From IMG/VR virus record IMGVR_UViG_3300023174_000042, positions 1 to 64,000 of that record: a stretch of DNA of 64,000 bases; one strand, written 5' to 3'. Below the pieces are notes generated by a model. The model ran no database searches and was not told the DNA's origin. It worked only from the letters and a program-made list of their open reading frames with translations. Shown here in pieces: positions 1 through 8,266 of this stretch; within the stretch, counting starts at the first letter, position 1; each line of letters begins with the position of its first letter. The position numbers and the translations under genes are program-made.

Positions 1-134
1 TCTTTGGCTTGTTCTATTTTTTCAGCTAATACCCAAGATTGTATTTTAATAATATAATTCTCTTGGTCTTTAATATCAGCAAAATCATATTCTTTTAATT
101 GCTCAACCAACCACTCTACTGCTGTTTGTTTCAT
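1..134 (-). CDS. partial small phage protein, MKQTAVEWL family (runs off window edge)
   Basis: Manual translation from ATG at 134: MKQTAVEWLVEQLKEY...EKIEQAK; paralogous to 103..393. Confidence 0.7.
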   Translation of the reverse strand, partial: MKQTAVEWLVEQLKEYDFADIKDQENYIIKIQSWVLAEKIEQAK

Positions 135-393
135 TGTTCTTGTTTTTCAAATATTCTTTAAGTAAATCAATAGTTCTCTCAGCACCATCGTATTTTGATT
201 TTGCGTGTAACATTTCTCCATTAACATTTTTATTTTTATCAGTGTATGTTGCTACAAAATCTGCAAAATCACACATTTGTTGTTTTTCCATTTCTTTGGC
301 TTTTTCATAAAAAACTTTAGGAACATTAAAACCTTCTAATATTAATTCATTAATTAAACACTCTACTGCTGTTTGTTTTTTATTATTTTCCAT
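103..393 (-). CDS. hypothetical protein, KQTAVE...KAKEMEKQQ family
   Basis: ORF track; shares KQTAVE and (E/Q)AK motifs with the adjacent partial ORF. Confidence 0.7.
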   Translation of the reverse strand: MENNKKQTAVECLINELILEGFNVPKVFYEKAKEMEKQQMCDFADFVATYTDKNKNVNGEMLHAKSKYDGAERTIDLLKEYLKNKNNETNSSRVVG

Positions 394-395
394 TT

Positions 396-641
396 TTAAC
401 TTTCAATATTTAAATTATATGAATTAAGTGTTTCTCTTATTTCATCTCTAATTTTTTGACATATTTCTATTTCTTCAGAAGATGCTTCTTCATTTGAATA
501 AAACTTTAAACCATGTTTGGTTGTGGTTCTTAATTTTTGGTCTAATTCCCACATTGCTAGTTTCCACTTATGACCATCAAGAGCATCTCTCGCATCTTGT
601 GATTCTTCTACCGAATCAAATTCTATTATTATTTTTCCCAT
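396..641 (-). CDS. hypothetical protein
   Basis: ORF track; tightly packed in minus-strand run. Confidence 0.7.
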   Translation of the reverse strand: MGKIIIEFDSVEESQDARDALDGHKWKLAMWELDQKLRTTTKHGLKFYSNEEASSEEIEICQKIRDEIRETLNSYNLNIES

Positions 642-651
642 GAAAACAAAG

Positions 652-882
652 TTATAAATTTTTTTCTAATATATCAAGGTATTCATTAAAATCTTTTCTT
701 GATGGTGGTCTTCCATCAATGTTGTAATGACCATTATAGAAATTTCTAATCTTTTGAATTGTTTCATATTTTTCGACTTCATGAAGTCCGTCCATTAGTG
801 TGTTGTCCCATAGTTTTTGTTCTTCTTCATCCATGTAATAAAATCCGTCTGAACCTATATATGGTATTCTGTCTTCGCTCAT
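652..882 (-). CDS. hypothetical protein
   Basis: ORF track; packed run. Confidence 0.7.
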   Translation of the reverse strand: MSEDRIPYIGSDGFYYMDEEEQKLWDNTLMDGLHEVEKYETIQKIRNFYNGHYNIDGRPPSRKDFNEYLDILEKNL

Positions 883-927
883 AATGTTTTTTTTTAAAAA
901 TAGTTTAAATTTTTTTATCTATCAATA

Positions 928-1749
928 CTAAATCGAATCTGATATAATATCATCAACAACAATTTCTTCAAAGTCATAAGAATGTTTAATGTCTTGGACA
1001 TTATTTTTAATAAATTCTTCGATAAGATTTTGATTTCGTTCAGGTGAAGATTTAACACCATTTTGAATCGCATCTTGTATAGTGTAAGAAAATCTACCTC
1101 TTAATGGTGAAGTGTCTTTTACACTATCTTTCATACATTCATTTATTTTTGGATCTAGGTTATCAGTGTCATTAACACATTTGATTCCATTTTGGATAAT
1201 GTCTTTTACAAAAAATTCCATAGGCCTGATTGGATTTAAAACACGTTTTACACCATTTTGAATGGTGTCTTCAACGATTAATGATAAAAAACTTCTTGAA
1301 TGGATGGTGTGTCTTACCCCATTTTGAATGGTGTCTTCAATAATCCCAACATATGGGATTGGTTGACCCTCGGTGTGTCTTACCCCATTTTGAATGGTGT
1401 CTTCAACAACTACACCCCTGATAGCCCTTTTTCGAAAGGTGTGTCTTACCCCATTTTGAATGGTGTCTTCAACAGGTTCAATACCCAAAAATCTTGATTC
1501 AAACCAGTTCTTAATTAAATCTTTTTTTTCTGTGCAGTCCTTACCAATTAGTTCCAACTCACTTTGAAATAGGTTATAGTTGAACCACAAAGTTTTATCT
1601 TTTGTGAATTCAACCACCCATCTTTTGTCTTCGGTAAATATTAACCAAGTTGATCCTTGTTTTGTTGTATACTTGTCTGCACCTTCAATCATTTGGTCAA
1701 ACATTCTAAACACAAGTTTCTCTAATTTTTTTCCTGATGGATTTTTCAT
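928..1749 (-). CDS. protein with N-terminal globular domain and C-terminal VEDTIQNGVRHT repeats (22-aa period)
   Basis: 273-aa ORF; 12-aa constant plus 10-aa variable units; TATTTATT motif 33 nt upstream. Confidence 0.8.
   Translation of the reverse strand: MKNPSGKKLEKLVFRMFDQMIEGADKYTTKQGSTWLIFTEDKRWVVEFTKDKTLWFNYNLFQSELELIGKDCTEKKDLIKNWFESRFLGIEPVEDTIQNGVRHTFRKRAIRGVVVEDTIQNGVRHTEGQPIPYVGIIEDTIQNGVRHTIHSRSFLSLIVEDTIQNGVKRVLNPIRPMEFFVKDIIQNGIKCVNDTDNLDPKINECMKDSVKDTSPLRGRFSYTIQDAIQNGVKSSPERNQNLIEEFIKNNVQDIKHSYDFEEIVVDDIISDSI
1174..1473 (-). repeat. 36-bp repeat / 30-bp unique spacer array, 66-bp period, inside a CDS
   Basis: GTTGAAGACACCATTCAAAATGGGGTAAGACACACC at 1438-1473 and 1372-1407 (identical), 1306-1341 (35/36), 1240-1275 (29/36), 1174-1209 (degenerate); further degenerate copy 1045-1080. 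Confidence 0.95.
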
Positions 1750-1793
1750 ATAAAAAATATATGAATTAATTTTTGAATTAACAATAAATAAAA

Positions 1794-2231
1794 TTAATTT
1801 TCGGTGTCGTTATTTAAGAAATATTTTTCAAATGAAGTTAATTTATCAATACCAACGTCAAGTATTCTATCTAAAATACTATCAACATCTAAGTTGTCAG
1901 TTAGAAATTCATTTAATTTTTCCATAAAATAATCGGTGAATACCTCATTTGGGTTTGTTAAAAGGTTTTTGGTTAAATCTTCTTTAACAAATGAAACATC
2001 ATATTTTTTTAATATTGTTTCAATTTCATTTTCTAACTTTTCGTTTAAGAAAAAAAGATCCCAAGCTTTTGATTCTGTTAAATTTGCAGTATCATTAATA
2101 CCTTCCAAAGTTATTTGAATTGCCCAACTAACTTCTTTTTCGTTCATTTTATCCCAAACTTTTGTTTCAAGTTCTTCTGTGGAAAATTCGTATTGATATT
2201 TTACAATTTTGAAGTTTGTTAGATCAATCAT
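1794..2231 (-). CDS. hypothetical protein with C-terminal DUF6576-like motif
   Basis: VDSILDRILDVGIDKLTSFEKYFL resembles the DxILDKI..GxxSLT..EK..L motif; similar tail in 49740..50276. Confidence 0.55.
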   Translation of the reverse strand: MIDLTNFKIVKYQYEFSTEELETKVWDKMNEKEVSWAIQITLEGINDTANLTESKAWDLFFLNEKLENEIETILKKYDVSFVKEDLTKNLLTNPNEVFTDYFMEKLNEFLTDNLDVDSILDRILDVGIDKLTSFEKYFLNNDTEN

Positions 2232-2246
2232 TATTGGGTGACTTTA

Positions 2247-2501
2247 CTAATAAATAGTATCAAAATCAATTAGACGAATTTTAGCACAATAATTTTTAAT
2301 TAACATATTTTTTGTTGGACAATGTTCTCCTTTAACAACTATCTCAAAATCAACTGTTGATGTATTTTCTAAAACTTTAATTGTTGATTGTTCTTCAATC
2401 CAACGTAAAGTTTCTTCACATAATTCATATTGTTTAACTTCTTTGCCGTCTTGATGTTCGACAAAAAATTTATTTTCTCTTGTTACAATAAATCCTGTCA
2501 T
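2247..2501 (-). CDS. hypothetical protein
   Basis: ORF track; 4-nt overlap with neighbour. Confidence 0.7.
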   Translation of the reverse strand: MTGFIVTRENKFFVEHQDGKEVKQYELCEETLRWIEEQSTIKVLENTSTVDFEIVVKGEHCPTKNMLIKNYCAKIRLIDFDTIY

Positions 2502-2743
2502 AAATTAAGTTGTTTTTCGATTATTTCAAATCTTTTATTTGAACACATACTTTCCAAAGTTAAAATCATCATAGAAAAAACTCCGGTCAAATAATATTTT
2601 TCTGCATATTCTTTTTTTAATTGTTTTTCAAAGTTTGAAACCAAATTTCTTGCAACAGTTGTGTGTTCTTTTGTTTCGCAAGAATTGATTACCTTTTCAA
2701 TCCATTTTGCTACATCTCCGTAATGTTTGCTTCTATTTTCCAT
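2498..2743 (-). CDS. hypothetical protein
   Basis: ORF track; packed run. Confidence 0.7.
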   Translation of the reverse strand: MENRSKHYGDVAKWIEKVINSCETKEHTTVARNLVSNFEKQLKKEYAEKYYLTGVFSMMILTLESMCSNKRFEIIEKQLNL

Positions 2744-2745
2744 TT

Positions 2746-2925
2746 TTATCTAAATAAATTTTCAAGTTGTTTCATAATTAAAATTTGTCTTCTTTGAAGT
2801 TCAGAAATTTTTCTTTTTTCTTCTTCATTAAGTTCAAAACTATTTGCTTTGATGTCGGCAATTTCATTTGCTAATCTTCGATGTTCGTTCATCAAATGTC
2901 CGTGTATTATTCTTTTGTCTTCCAT
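2746..2925 (-). CDS. 59-aa coiled-coil hypothetical protein (not in ORF track)
   Basis: Manual translation MEDKRIIHGHLMNEHRRLANEIADIKANSFELNEEEKRKISELQRRQILIMKQLENLFR; fills the gap exactly. Confidence 0.7.
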   Translation of the reverse strand: MEDKRIIHGHLMNEHRRLANEIADIKANSFELNEEEKRKISELQRRQILIMKQLENLFR

Positions 2926-2938
2926 ATTTTATTTTTTT

Positions 2939-3520
2939 TTAATCCCACCATTGAGTGATCTTTTCCTCCAAAATTCGAAAAAGAAGTTTATTTGCTTTAC
3001 TATGATTATAATAAGATACTTCTAAACATAAAGTTTTTTTATTCTCAATAACCCCATTTTTTTTAATAACAGCACGAACTGAAGATGGATATTTATTTAA
3101 ATAATCATCAAATCTTTCATTTTTTGTTTTTATTTTAACATATTTTGAATTTGGTTTTTCTAAAACATTTTCAAAACTTATATTATCCTCCCAATAATCC
3201 ATACACTCCAATTCATAATAACCTTCTCTAACTCTTTCAAGTAGGTTAAGAACCAAGGTCATATCTCTATTATCTCTTTCAATATCCGTATGTCTATTGG
3301 CATTAACAAGTTCTTTTCTTTGAAACTCTATTTTCTTTTGTAGAATTTTTAAAATGAAGTCCCCGTCCCAATCTCTATCGTGGTATATAGTGGGCAACCA
3401 TCTAAAAATGTTTTTTACACCTGTAAGAAAGTATCTTAATCTCCAGTGTAATTTATAAAACAAAGTATTTCTATTCCACGCACTTTCTTTCGGAACCAAT
3501 AATTTTTTATATGTCTTCAT
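2939..3520 (-). CDS. hypothetical phage protein
   Basis: 193-aa ORF. Confidence 0.75.
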   Translation of the reverse strand: MKTYKKLLVPKESAWNRNTLFYKLHWRLRYFLTGVKNIFRWLPTIYHDRDWDGDFILKILQKKIEFQRKELVNANRHTDIERDNRDMTLVLNLLERVREGYYELECMDYWEDNISFENVLEKPNSKYVKIKTKNERFDDYLNKYPSSVRAVIKKNGVIENKKTLCLEVSYYNHSKANKLLFRILEEKITQWWD

Positions 3521-3785
3521 CTTTAAATCTTATTAAATATTCTTCTTTTAGATCATCATATTCTTGTAACGCAACATTGTATTTTTTTTCTAAATGATAA
3601 TTGGATAACAAAAAAAATATTATAAAAATAAAATAATACATGTCATACTTAATATAAGACATAAAACCCATTACAACTTCTAAAATTAATAGTAAATTCA
3701 CTATAATTTTAATAAAGTTATAAGTTGATAGTTCATTAACTTTTAATGCCATTTGTAGTAACAACTTATCTTTTTGATCTTCCAT
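3507..3785 (-). CDS. small membrane protein
   Basis: Two hydrophobic segments. Confidence 0.65.
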   Translation of the reverse strand: MEDQKDKLLLQMALKVNELSTYNFIKIIVNLLLILEVVMGFMSYIKYDMYYFIFIIFFLLSNYHLEKKYNVALQEYDDLKEEYLIRFKDEDI

Positions 3786-3790
3786 TTTTT

Positions 3791-5533
3791 TTAAGGTAAT
3801 TCGTCTAAAATATTAATATTAATAATGTTTTGATTAAAATAATCAAGGTTTAAAATATCATTTTGCCAATTTTGTAATTCAGGAGTTTCTGTATTCCACC
3901 TTGGAGTCCTTGCGGATACTATTGTTCTTTCATGTTCCAAACTTTTGAAGGTTGATTCTTGCACAATAGTTCTACCATTACGATATTTTTTTGTCATCTT
4001 TGGTAACTTCAATGTTCCAACTTTATACATAAGATTTATATTTGCTAGTTGTATTTGAGCAACCTGTGAAAACTCTATAGATGGCATTTGATTAAATTTT
4101 GCTCTTTCTTGAACATTCAATATTTCATTTTGTCTATATTGATATTCAACAGTAATTCTATCATCGCCATCACGAGAGTCTTTACGAATTGAAAATATTA
4201 AACAATCCGGTCTTTCTGAATAACCTCGAACACAGTTTCTTTGATGTTGTGATTCTTTTTCATAGTCCATAGTCTTTCTTAAAAGAACAGGATAATAAGT
4301 TTCACCTTCGTGTTCAATGGGGTTTTCTAAACTATCAACATCACCATAAAATCTTTCAACTTCACCTTTTCTGTACGATTGTAAAAGACGACTAAATTCT
4401 TCATGTTCTAAGTTGAAACTGCTAATGTTTGTAAATTTAAACTTAACATCTTCTCCCAAATTATTAAGGTCTTTTTTTAACTCTAAATGGTCCAATAATG
4501 TCATAAAATTTCTATCATCAAAATGATTTATAATGTTTAAAATTTTATCTTTTTCTTTTGGTAGTAATGGTATTAACAACTTGTTTTTCATCCACAGATG
4601 GTTTTCATAAAAACAATCGTAGTATCTGCCCATTTTATTTTTTTCTAGTAGTTGCGGATAAGGACTATTAGAAAAAAATTCATCAAAAATTTTATTATCA
4701 ATTTTATTAAATCTATCGATACCAAGAAGTTTGTAGAAAAAATTAAGTCGGTTAAAATCAACCCATTCAATTTCGTTTAAAATCTTTTTAACTTTCGAAC
4801 CTTTTAAATTTAGTTTTTTCATAATTGAATCGACCAAATTCATATCTGATGATTTTAAATCTTTTTTTGGAATAAAAACATTAGTGAATTTTTTCCAAGT
4901 GTTTGGAATTTTAATGCCGTTCACCAAGTAGTATGTTAAACTATAAAATGACTCAGCAGAGTCCCAAGAAAAATTTTGTGGATTTTCCATTCCCATTTTA
5001 TCCCATATTTTTTCTAAAAAGAAAATAAAATGATTTTCAGGTTTAACACTTTCATCAATATGAACACCTCTTAAAAAACCTTGAACTGCGCTAAAAGTTG
5101 GATTAACTTTCATACGTGCTCCAATTTTTCGTTTTTTCTTTGTGATAAGTGTTCCTGAGTAAAACAATTTAGTTTTGAAATTAAATGAAAAATATTCTGT
5201 TGTTTTTCTTTCAACAAAAAACTTACCTCCAACTCTTCTTTGTTTTGTGTATAGTTGATACTTTAAAGAAATTTTATTTTCACTTTCTTCAATAAAAAAT
5301 CTATATCTAACTCTATATACTGAAGCGCAAGGATTTCCATAATGTTTAACAAAATCATCTTCAGAAAATAGTTGGGTGTCGGTATAAAATTTTTCTTTGT
5401 TTTTTGTGATATGAACTGACTCATAACTGTTATTATGTTTTGAATCAATATCACAGAAGTTTTTATAAAGTTCAACTCTGTAATTCTTTTTTTCGATAAA
5501 CTTATGAAATGTTTTTCCTTCTACTTCTAACAT
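3791..5533 (-). CDS. PcfJ-like domain protein
   Basis: C-terminal LRKTMDYEKESQHQRNCVRGY...IFSIR...ITVEY fits the PcfJ-like pattern; TATCTTTG 4 nt upstream of ATG. Confidence 0.65.
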   Translation of the reverse strand: MLEVEGKTFHKFIEKKNYRVELYKNFCDIDSKHNNSYESVHITKNKEKFYTDTQLFSEDDFVKHYGNPCASVYRVRYRFFIEESENKISLKYQLYTKQRRVGGKFFVERKTTEYFSFNFKTKLFYSGTLITKKKRKIGARMKVNPTFSAVQGFLRGVHIDESVKPENHFIFFLEKIWDKMGMENPQNFSWDSAESFYSLTYYLVNGIKIPNTWKKFTNVFIPKKDLKSSDMNLVDSIMKKLNLKGSKVKKILNEIEWVDFNRLNFFYKLLGIDRFNKIDNKIFDEFFSNSPYPQLLEKNKMGRYYDCFYENHLWMKNKLLIPLLPKEKDKILNIINHFDDRNFMTLLDHLELKKDLNNLGEDVKFKFTNISSFNLEHEEFSRLLQSYRKGEVERFYGDVDSLENPIEHEGETYYPVLLRKTMDYEKESQHQRNCVRGYSERPDCLIFSIRKDSRDGDDRITVEYQYRQNEILNVQERAKFNQMPSIEFSQVAQIQLANINLMYKVGTLKLPKMTKKYRNGRTIVQESTFKSLEHERTIVSARTPRWNTETPELQNWQNDILNLDYFNQNIININILDELP

Positions 5534-5537
5534 AACA

Positions 5538-5545
5538 CAAAGATA
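5538..5545 (-). promoter_or_regulatory. Bacteroidota-type -7 element TATCTTTG
   Basis: TAnnTTTG exactly 4 nt before ATG 5533. Confidence 0.6.
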
Positions 5546-5568
5546 AACATTTTGTTTTAAAAAAACAA

Positions 5569-5919
5569 TTACGATTTTTTCATTATATCATATTTGTTTT
5601 TAAATTCTAACAAAATATAAATTAAATCATCAATGTCGGTGAAATTCCATTTTTCTGAACTTAATACAAAACTATCATTGCCATCACAACTTTCAGTTTT
5701 AATTTCCATAGTCTGATATAATTTACTACTATTACATCTATTTGTTGATTGCTCCCAAGTTACAGAAAACTTCTCATCACTTATAAAAAATTTATGTTCT
5801 TTTTTTTCTAATGTGTTTTTTTCTTCTATTATTTCTTCTTTAATAATTTTAGCCGGTTCAACTTTATCTATTATCAGATCATCGGCGGTGATTTTTTTTC
5901 TTGGTTTTCTTTCTTTCAT
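5569..5919 (-). CDS. hypothetical protein
   Basis: ORF track. Confidence 0.65.
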   Translation of the reverse strand: MKERKPRKKITADDLIIDKVEPAKIIKEEIIEEKNTLEKKEHKFFISDEKFSVTWEQSTNRCNSSKLYQTMEIKTESCDGNDSFVLSSEKWNFTDIDDLIYILLEFKNKYDIMKKS

Positions 5920-6137
5920 GTTAATTTAATAATTAATTTTCCAGGGTTGTTATATTCTTCCTCTATTGAAAACTGATAATCGTTAATTGTTTCCGAAACA
6001 ATCATTTTCATTTGATCACTAATTCCTGTAATTATTTCTACTTCTTGGGATTTTGATTTCATATTTTCCCAAATAAATTGATCGACCAATTTAGAAACTT
6101 CAGCATGTTTAATACCGTGTAGATCCAAAGTTTTCAT
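5916..6137 (-). CDS. Smr (small MutS-related) domain protein
   Basis: LDLHG start and EIITG motif; 73 aa. Confidence 0.75.
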   Translation of the reverse strand: MKTLDLHGIKHAEVSKLVDQFIWENMKSKSQEVEIITGISDQMKMIVSETINDYQFSIEEEYNNPGKLIIKLT

Positions 6138-6289
6138 TTTTTGGGTATTTGATTAGCGGGTTTTTGTGTTGGGGGAATAAATAACATTTTATTTATTTTT
6201 TTTAAAAAATCTATAAACAAGATGACAACAAATAATTAGAATTACGGATATGATTCCATAAAATTGTATTTGTGCTTCCAAGTTGAGCA

Positions 6290-6607
6290 TTAGATGCTAT
6301 ATTTATACACCCCATTTTCAAACTCAACATCCATAATACCTTCGTTTTCCAAAATCTTTTCAATCTGTTCTGGTTGAAATTTAACGTTTTCAGGTTCCAT
6401 GAATACTTTGTAAGCTTGATTTGAAGATAATTTATTTTGTGTTACCAAATTGTATATGGTTTCATTTTCACAGTTAATTAGTGATCCGTGTTGACCTGCG
6501 ACTGTGACGATTACTTTATCTCCTATTTCAATTTTCTCTAACGATACGATATATGGTTTTTCATCAACCATAATCATTTTTACTTTTTGTTTTGTTGTTT
6601 CACTCAT
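6290..6607 (-). CDS. hypothetical protein
   Basis: ORF track. Confidence 0.7.
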   Translation of the reverse strand: MSETTKQKVKMIMVDEKPYIVSLEKIEIGDKVIVTVAGQHGSLINCENETIYNLVTQNKLSSNQAYKVFMEPENVKFQPEQIEKILENEGIMDVEFENGVYKYSI

Positions 6608-6915
6608 AATCTTATACCGTATAATTCTGATACGACCTCCATGTATTTTTTTAAATTTATTACAGATTGTTCAAAGTTTATTTTTGGTTGTTCTTTAAAT
6701 CTTTGAGCCAATTCATTATCAGTTAAAGTATCACAACAACTATTATAGATGTCTTTTAATATCTGTAAATAAATCTCTTCTTTATTATAAGTATCATCAA
6801 TTTTATTTTCTAAAACTTGTCCTTCCAAGTCAACACAATACTCAATCAGGTCCTGAACTTCAGGATGGTCGATTAAACTTTTATTATTTTTGAATATTTG
6901 ATTTATGTTTTTCAT
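6604..6915 (-). CDS. hypothetical protein
   Basis: ORF track. Confidence 0.7.
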   Translation of the reverse strand: MKNINQIFKNNKSLIDHPEVQDLIEYCVDLEGQVLENKIDDTYNKEEIYLQILKDIYNSCCDTLTDNELAQRFKEQPKINFEQSVINLKKYMEVVSELYGIRL

Positions 6916-7270
6916 AGTGTGTGTCGCATAACGTGGTGTGCCAACCGATATTTGTTCTTAATTCACCTTTTTCACCACAGGTCTCACAGGTTTTATAACT
7001 TAGATTTTCAGCTTCACTTATTCTTTTATGAACCTCATCTGATGCGGAGTTTATATAAAATCTAAGTCCACCAAACTTTTCCTTCACCTGACAAGTTTGT
7101 TTATCCCATCCTAATTCTATTAGATCAATTATAAGATCCTTAATTAGTGAATACCAACCAGATCCAACATCAAAAAAAGATGAATCTTTAATTGGTTTTC
7201 TATCAGTGTAATATCCGTTTTCTAATCCTCCAATGGATTCCAAAAACTCATTCATTTCTTTATCTGTCAT
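6884..7270 (-). CDS. phage protein with QVKEKFGGLRFY motif and C-terminal CxxC...C..H zinc site
   Basis: QVKEKFGGLRFY, CETCG, TLCDTH. Confidence 0.75.
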   Translation of the reverse strand: MTDKEMNEFLESIGGLENGYYTDRKPIKDSSFFDVGSGWYSLIKDLIIDLIELGWDKQTCQVKEKFGGLRFYINSASDEVHKRISEAENLSYKTCETCGEKGELRTNIGWHTTLCDTHYEKHKSNIQK

Positions 7271-7464
7271 ATTGTATAATTTAAAGATCCCAAATTGATT
7301 TTCGTTTTTTCTTTGGAAATCTAAACGACCACCAAAGAAGTAGTTTTTGAATTGTTCTTTTCATCATTGTCTAAGTTTTCTTTTTATTTTTACAATTGAT
7401 AAAAATAATACTACAAATATATACAATATACCCCACATAAACAAATAATAGTCAATTTAATTAA

Positions 7465-7685
7465 ATAAAAAAGGGGGAGTAGCGAATTCCCCCTTTTGAT
7501 TGTTGCCTTAACAGACAACGGTCCTAAAAGCCCACCACTGAGGATGGGGTCTCTTAAAAAAAGATCCCCACCATTAAGATGGGGATTAATTTTACCTAGG
7601 GGTGGGATTTTCAACCTGTGTCGGATTACGCCAGACACCCTACGATTGGTATTTTTTAATGATTGAACCAATAACAATCAATTCT
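7465..7685 (-). ncRNA. candidate structured non-coding RNA A
   Basis: GC-rich intergenic island with own TATCTTTG (7690-7697), several hairpins and terminator-like ends; 28-nt core related to the 48.7-48.9 kb element. Confidence 0.4.
7469..7497 (-). terminator. intrinsic terminator
   Basis: AAAAGGGGGA/TCCCCCTTTT inverted repeat with flanking A/T tracts. Confidence 0.75.
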
Positions 7686-7705
7686 TATACAAAGATAGTA
7701 ATTTT

Positions 7706-8224
7706 TTACAACTCCACAACTATTTCACCACTTTTACATGAATTTTCTTTTAAATTTTCTTTTTTAGTTCTTGGTCTAACACCAAAATATAAAAAATTAC
7801 CGTCTTCAGAAAATGCTGAACTTATAATTTTTAATTCATTTTCATCTTTTTGTAAAACAAACTCAACAAAATCAAAATATTCTTCATCTTGATTGTCATT
7901 TCTTTCTTTTGTAAAAATAATTCTTTTATTACATGGATTGTGGGTTTTGAAACTTTCTATAATCTTTTGTATTTTATTTTCAATTATAGGAATTAATATT
8001 TTATCTGGAACACCTACTCTGTAATTTTCATCTGAAAGATTTTTTTCAAAAAACAAATCATAATTTTCATCATAAGAATTATCACCGTGTCTATCAAACC
8101 ATTGATGATACGTTGATATTATTTTATACATTATATTATTATAAATTTTATTTCCTTTTTGTTTTGGGAATTTTTTTGTTTCAAACAAATATTGTCTAAT
8201 AACTCTTTCTATTAATGTATCCAT
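7706..8224 (-). CDS. hypothetical late-class protein
   Basis: TATTTATA 4 nt before ATG; leader ends in YLFE. Confidence 0.7.
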   Translation of the reverse strand: MDTLIERVIRQYLFETKKFPKQKGNKIYNNIMYKIISTYHQWFDRHGDNSYDENYDLFFEKNLSDENYRVGVPDKILIPIIENKIQKIIESFKTHNPCNKRIIFTKERNDNQDEEYFDFVEFVLQKDENELKIISSAFSEDGNFLYFGVRPRTKKENLKENSCKSGEIVVEL

Positions 8225-8237
8225 ATGTTATAAATAT

Positions 8238-8260
8238 AAAACCCCACATTAAAAGTGGGG
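8238..8260 (-). terminator. intrinsic terminator
   Basis: CCCCAC-N7-GTGGGG stem plus U tract on the minus strand, downstream of 8267..8995. Confidence 0.7.
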
Positions 8261-8266
8261 ATTCAA

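Noticed and set aside
1174-1473. Calling the 66-bp array a bona fide CRISPR feature
   Set aside because: It lies in frame in a 273-aa ORF, older copies conserve amino acids rather than nucleotides, and no cas gene or anti-repeat was noticed. Kept as a repeat and as a finding.
928-1749. Diversity-generating retroelement target
   Set aside because: Variable segments are wholly different rather than adenine-specific variants; no reverse transcriptase or template repeat in the window.
7411-7892. ORF-track entries 7411..7677 (-) and 7602..7892 (+)
   Set aside because: They run through several terminator-like hairpins or antisense to a real gene and have atypical composition.
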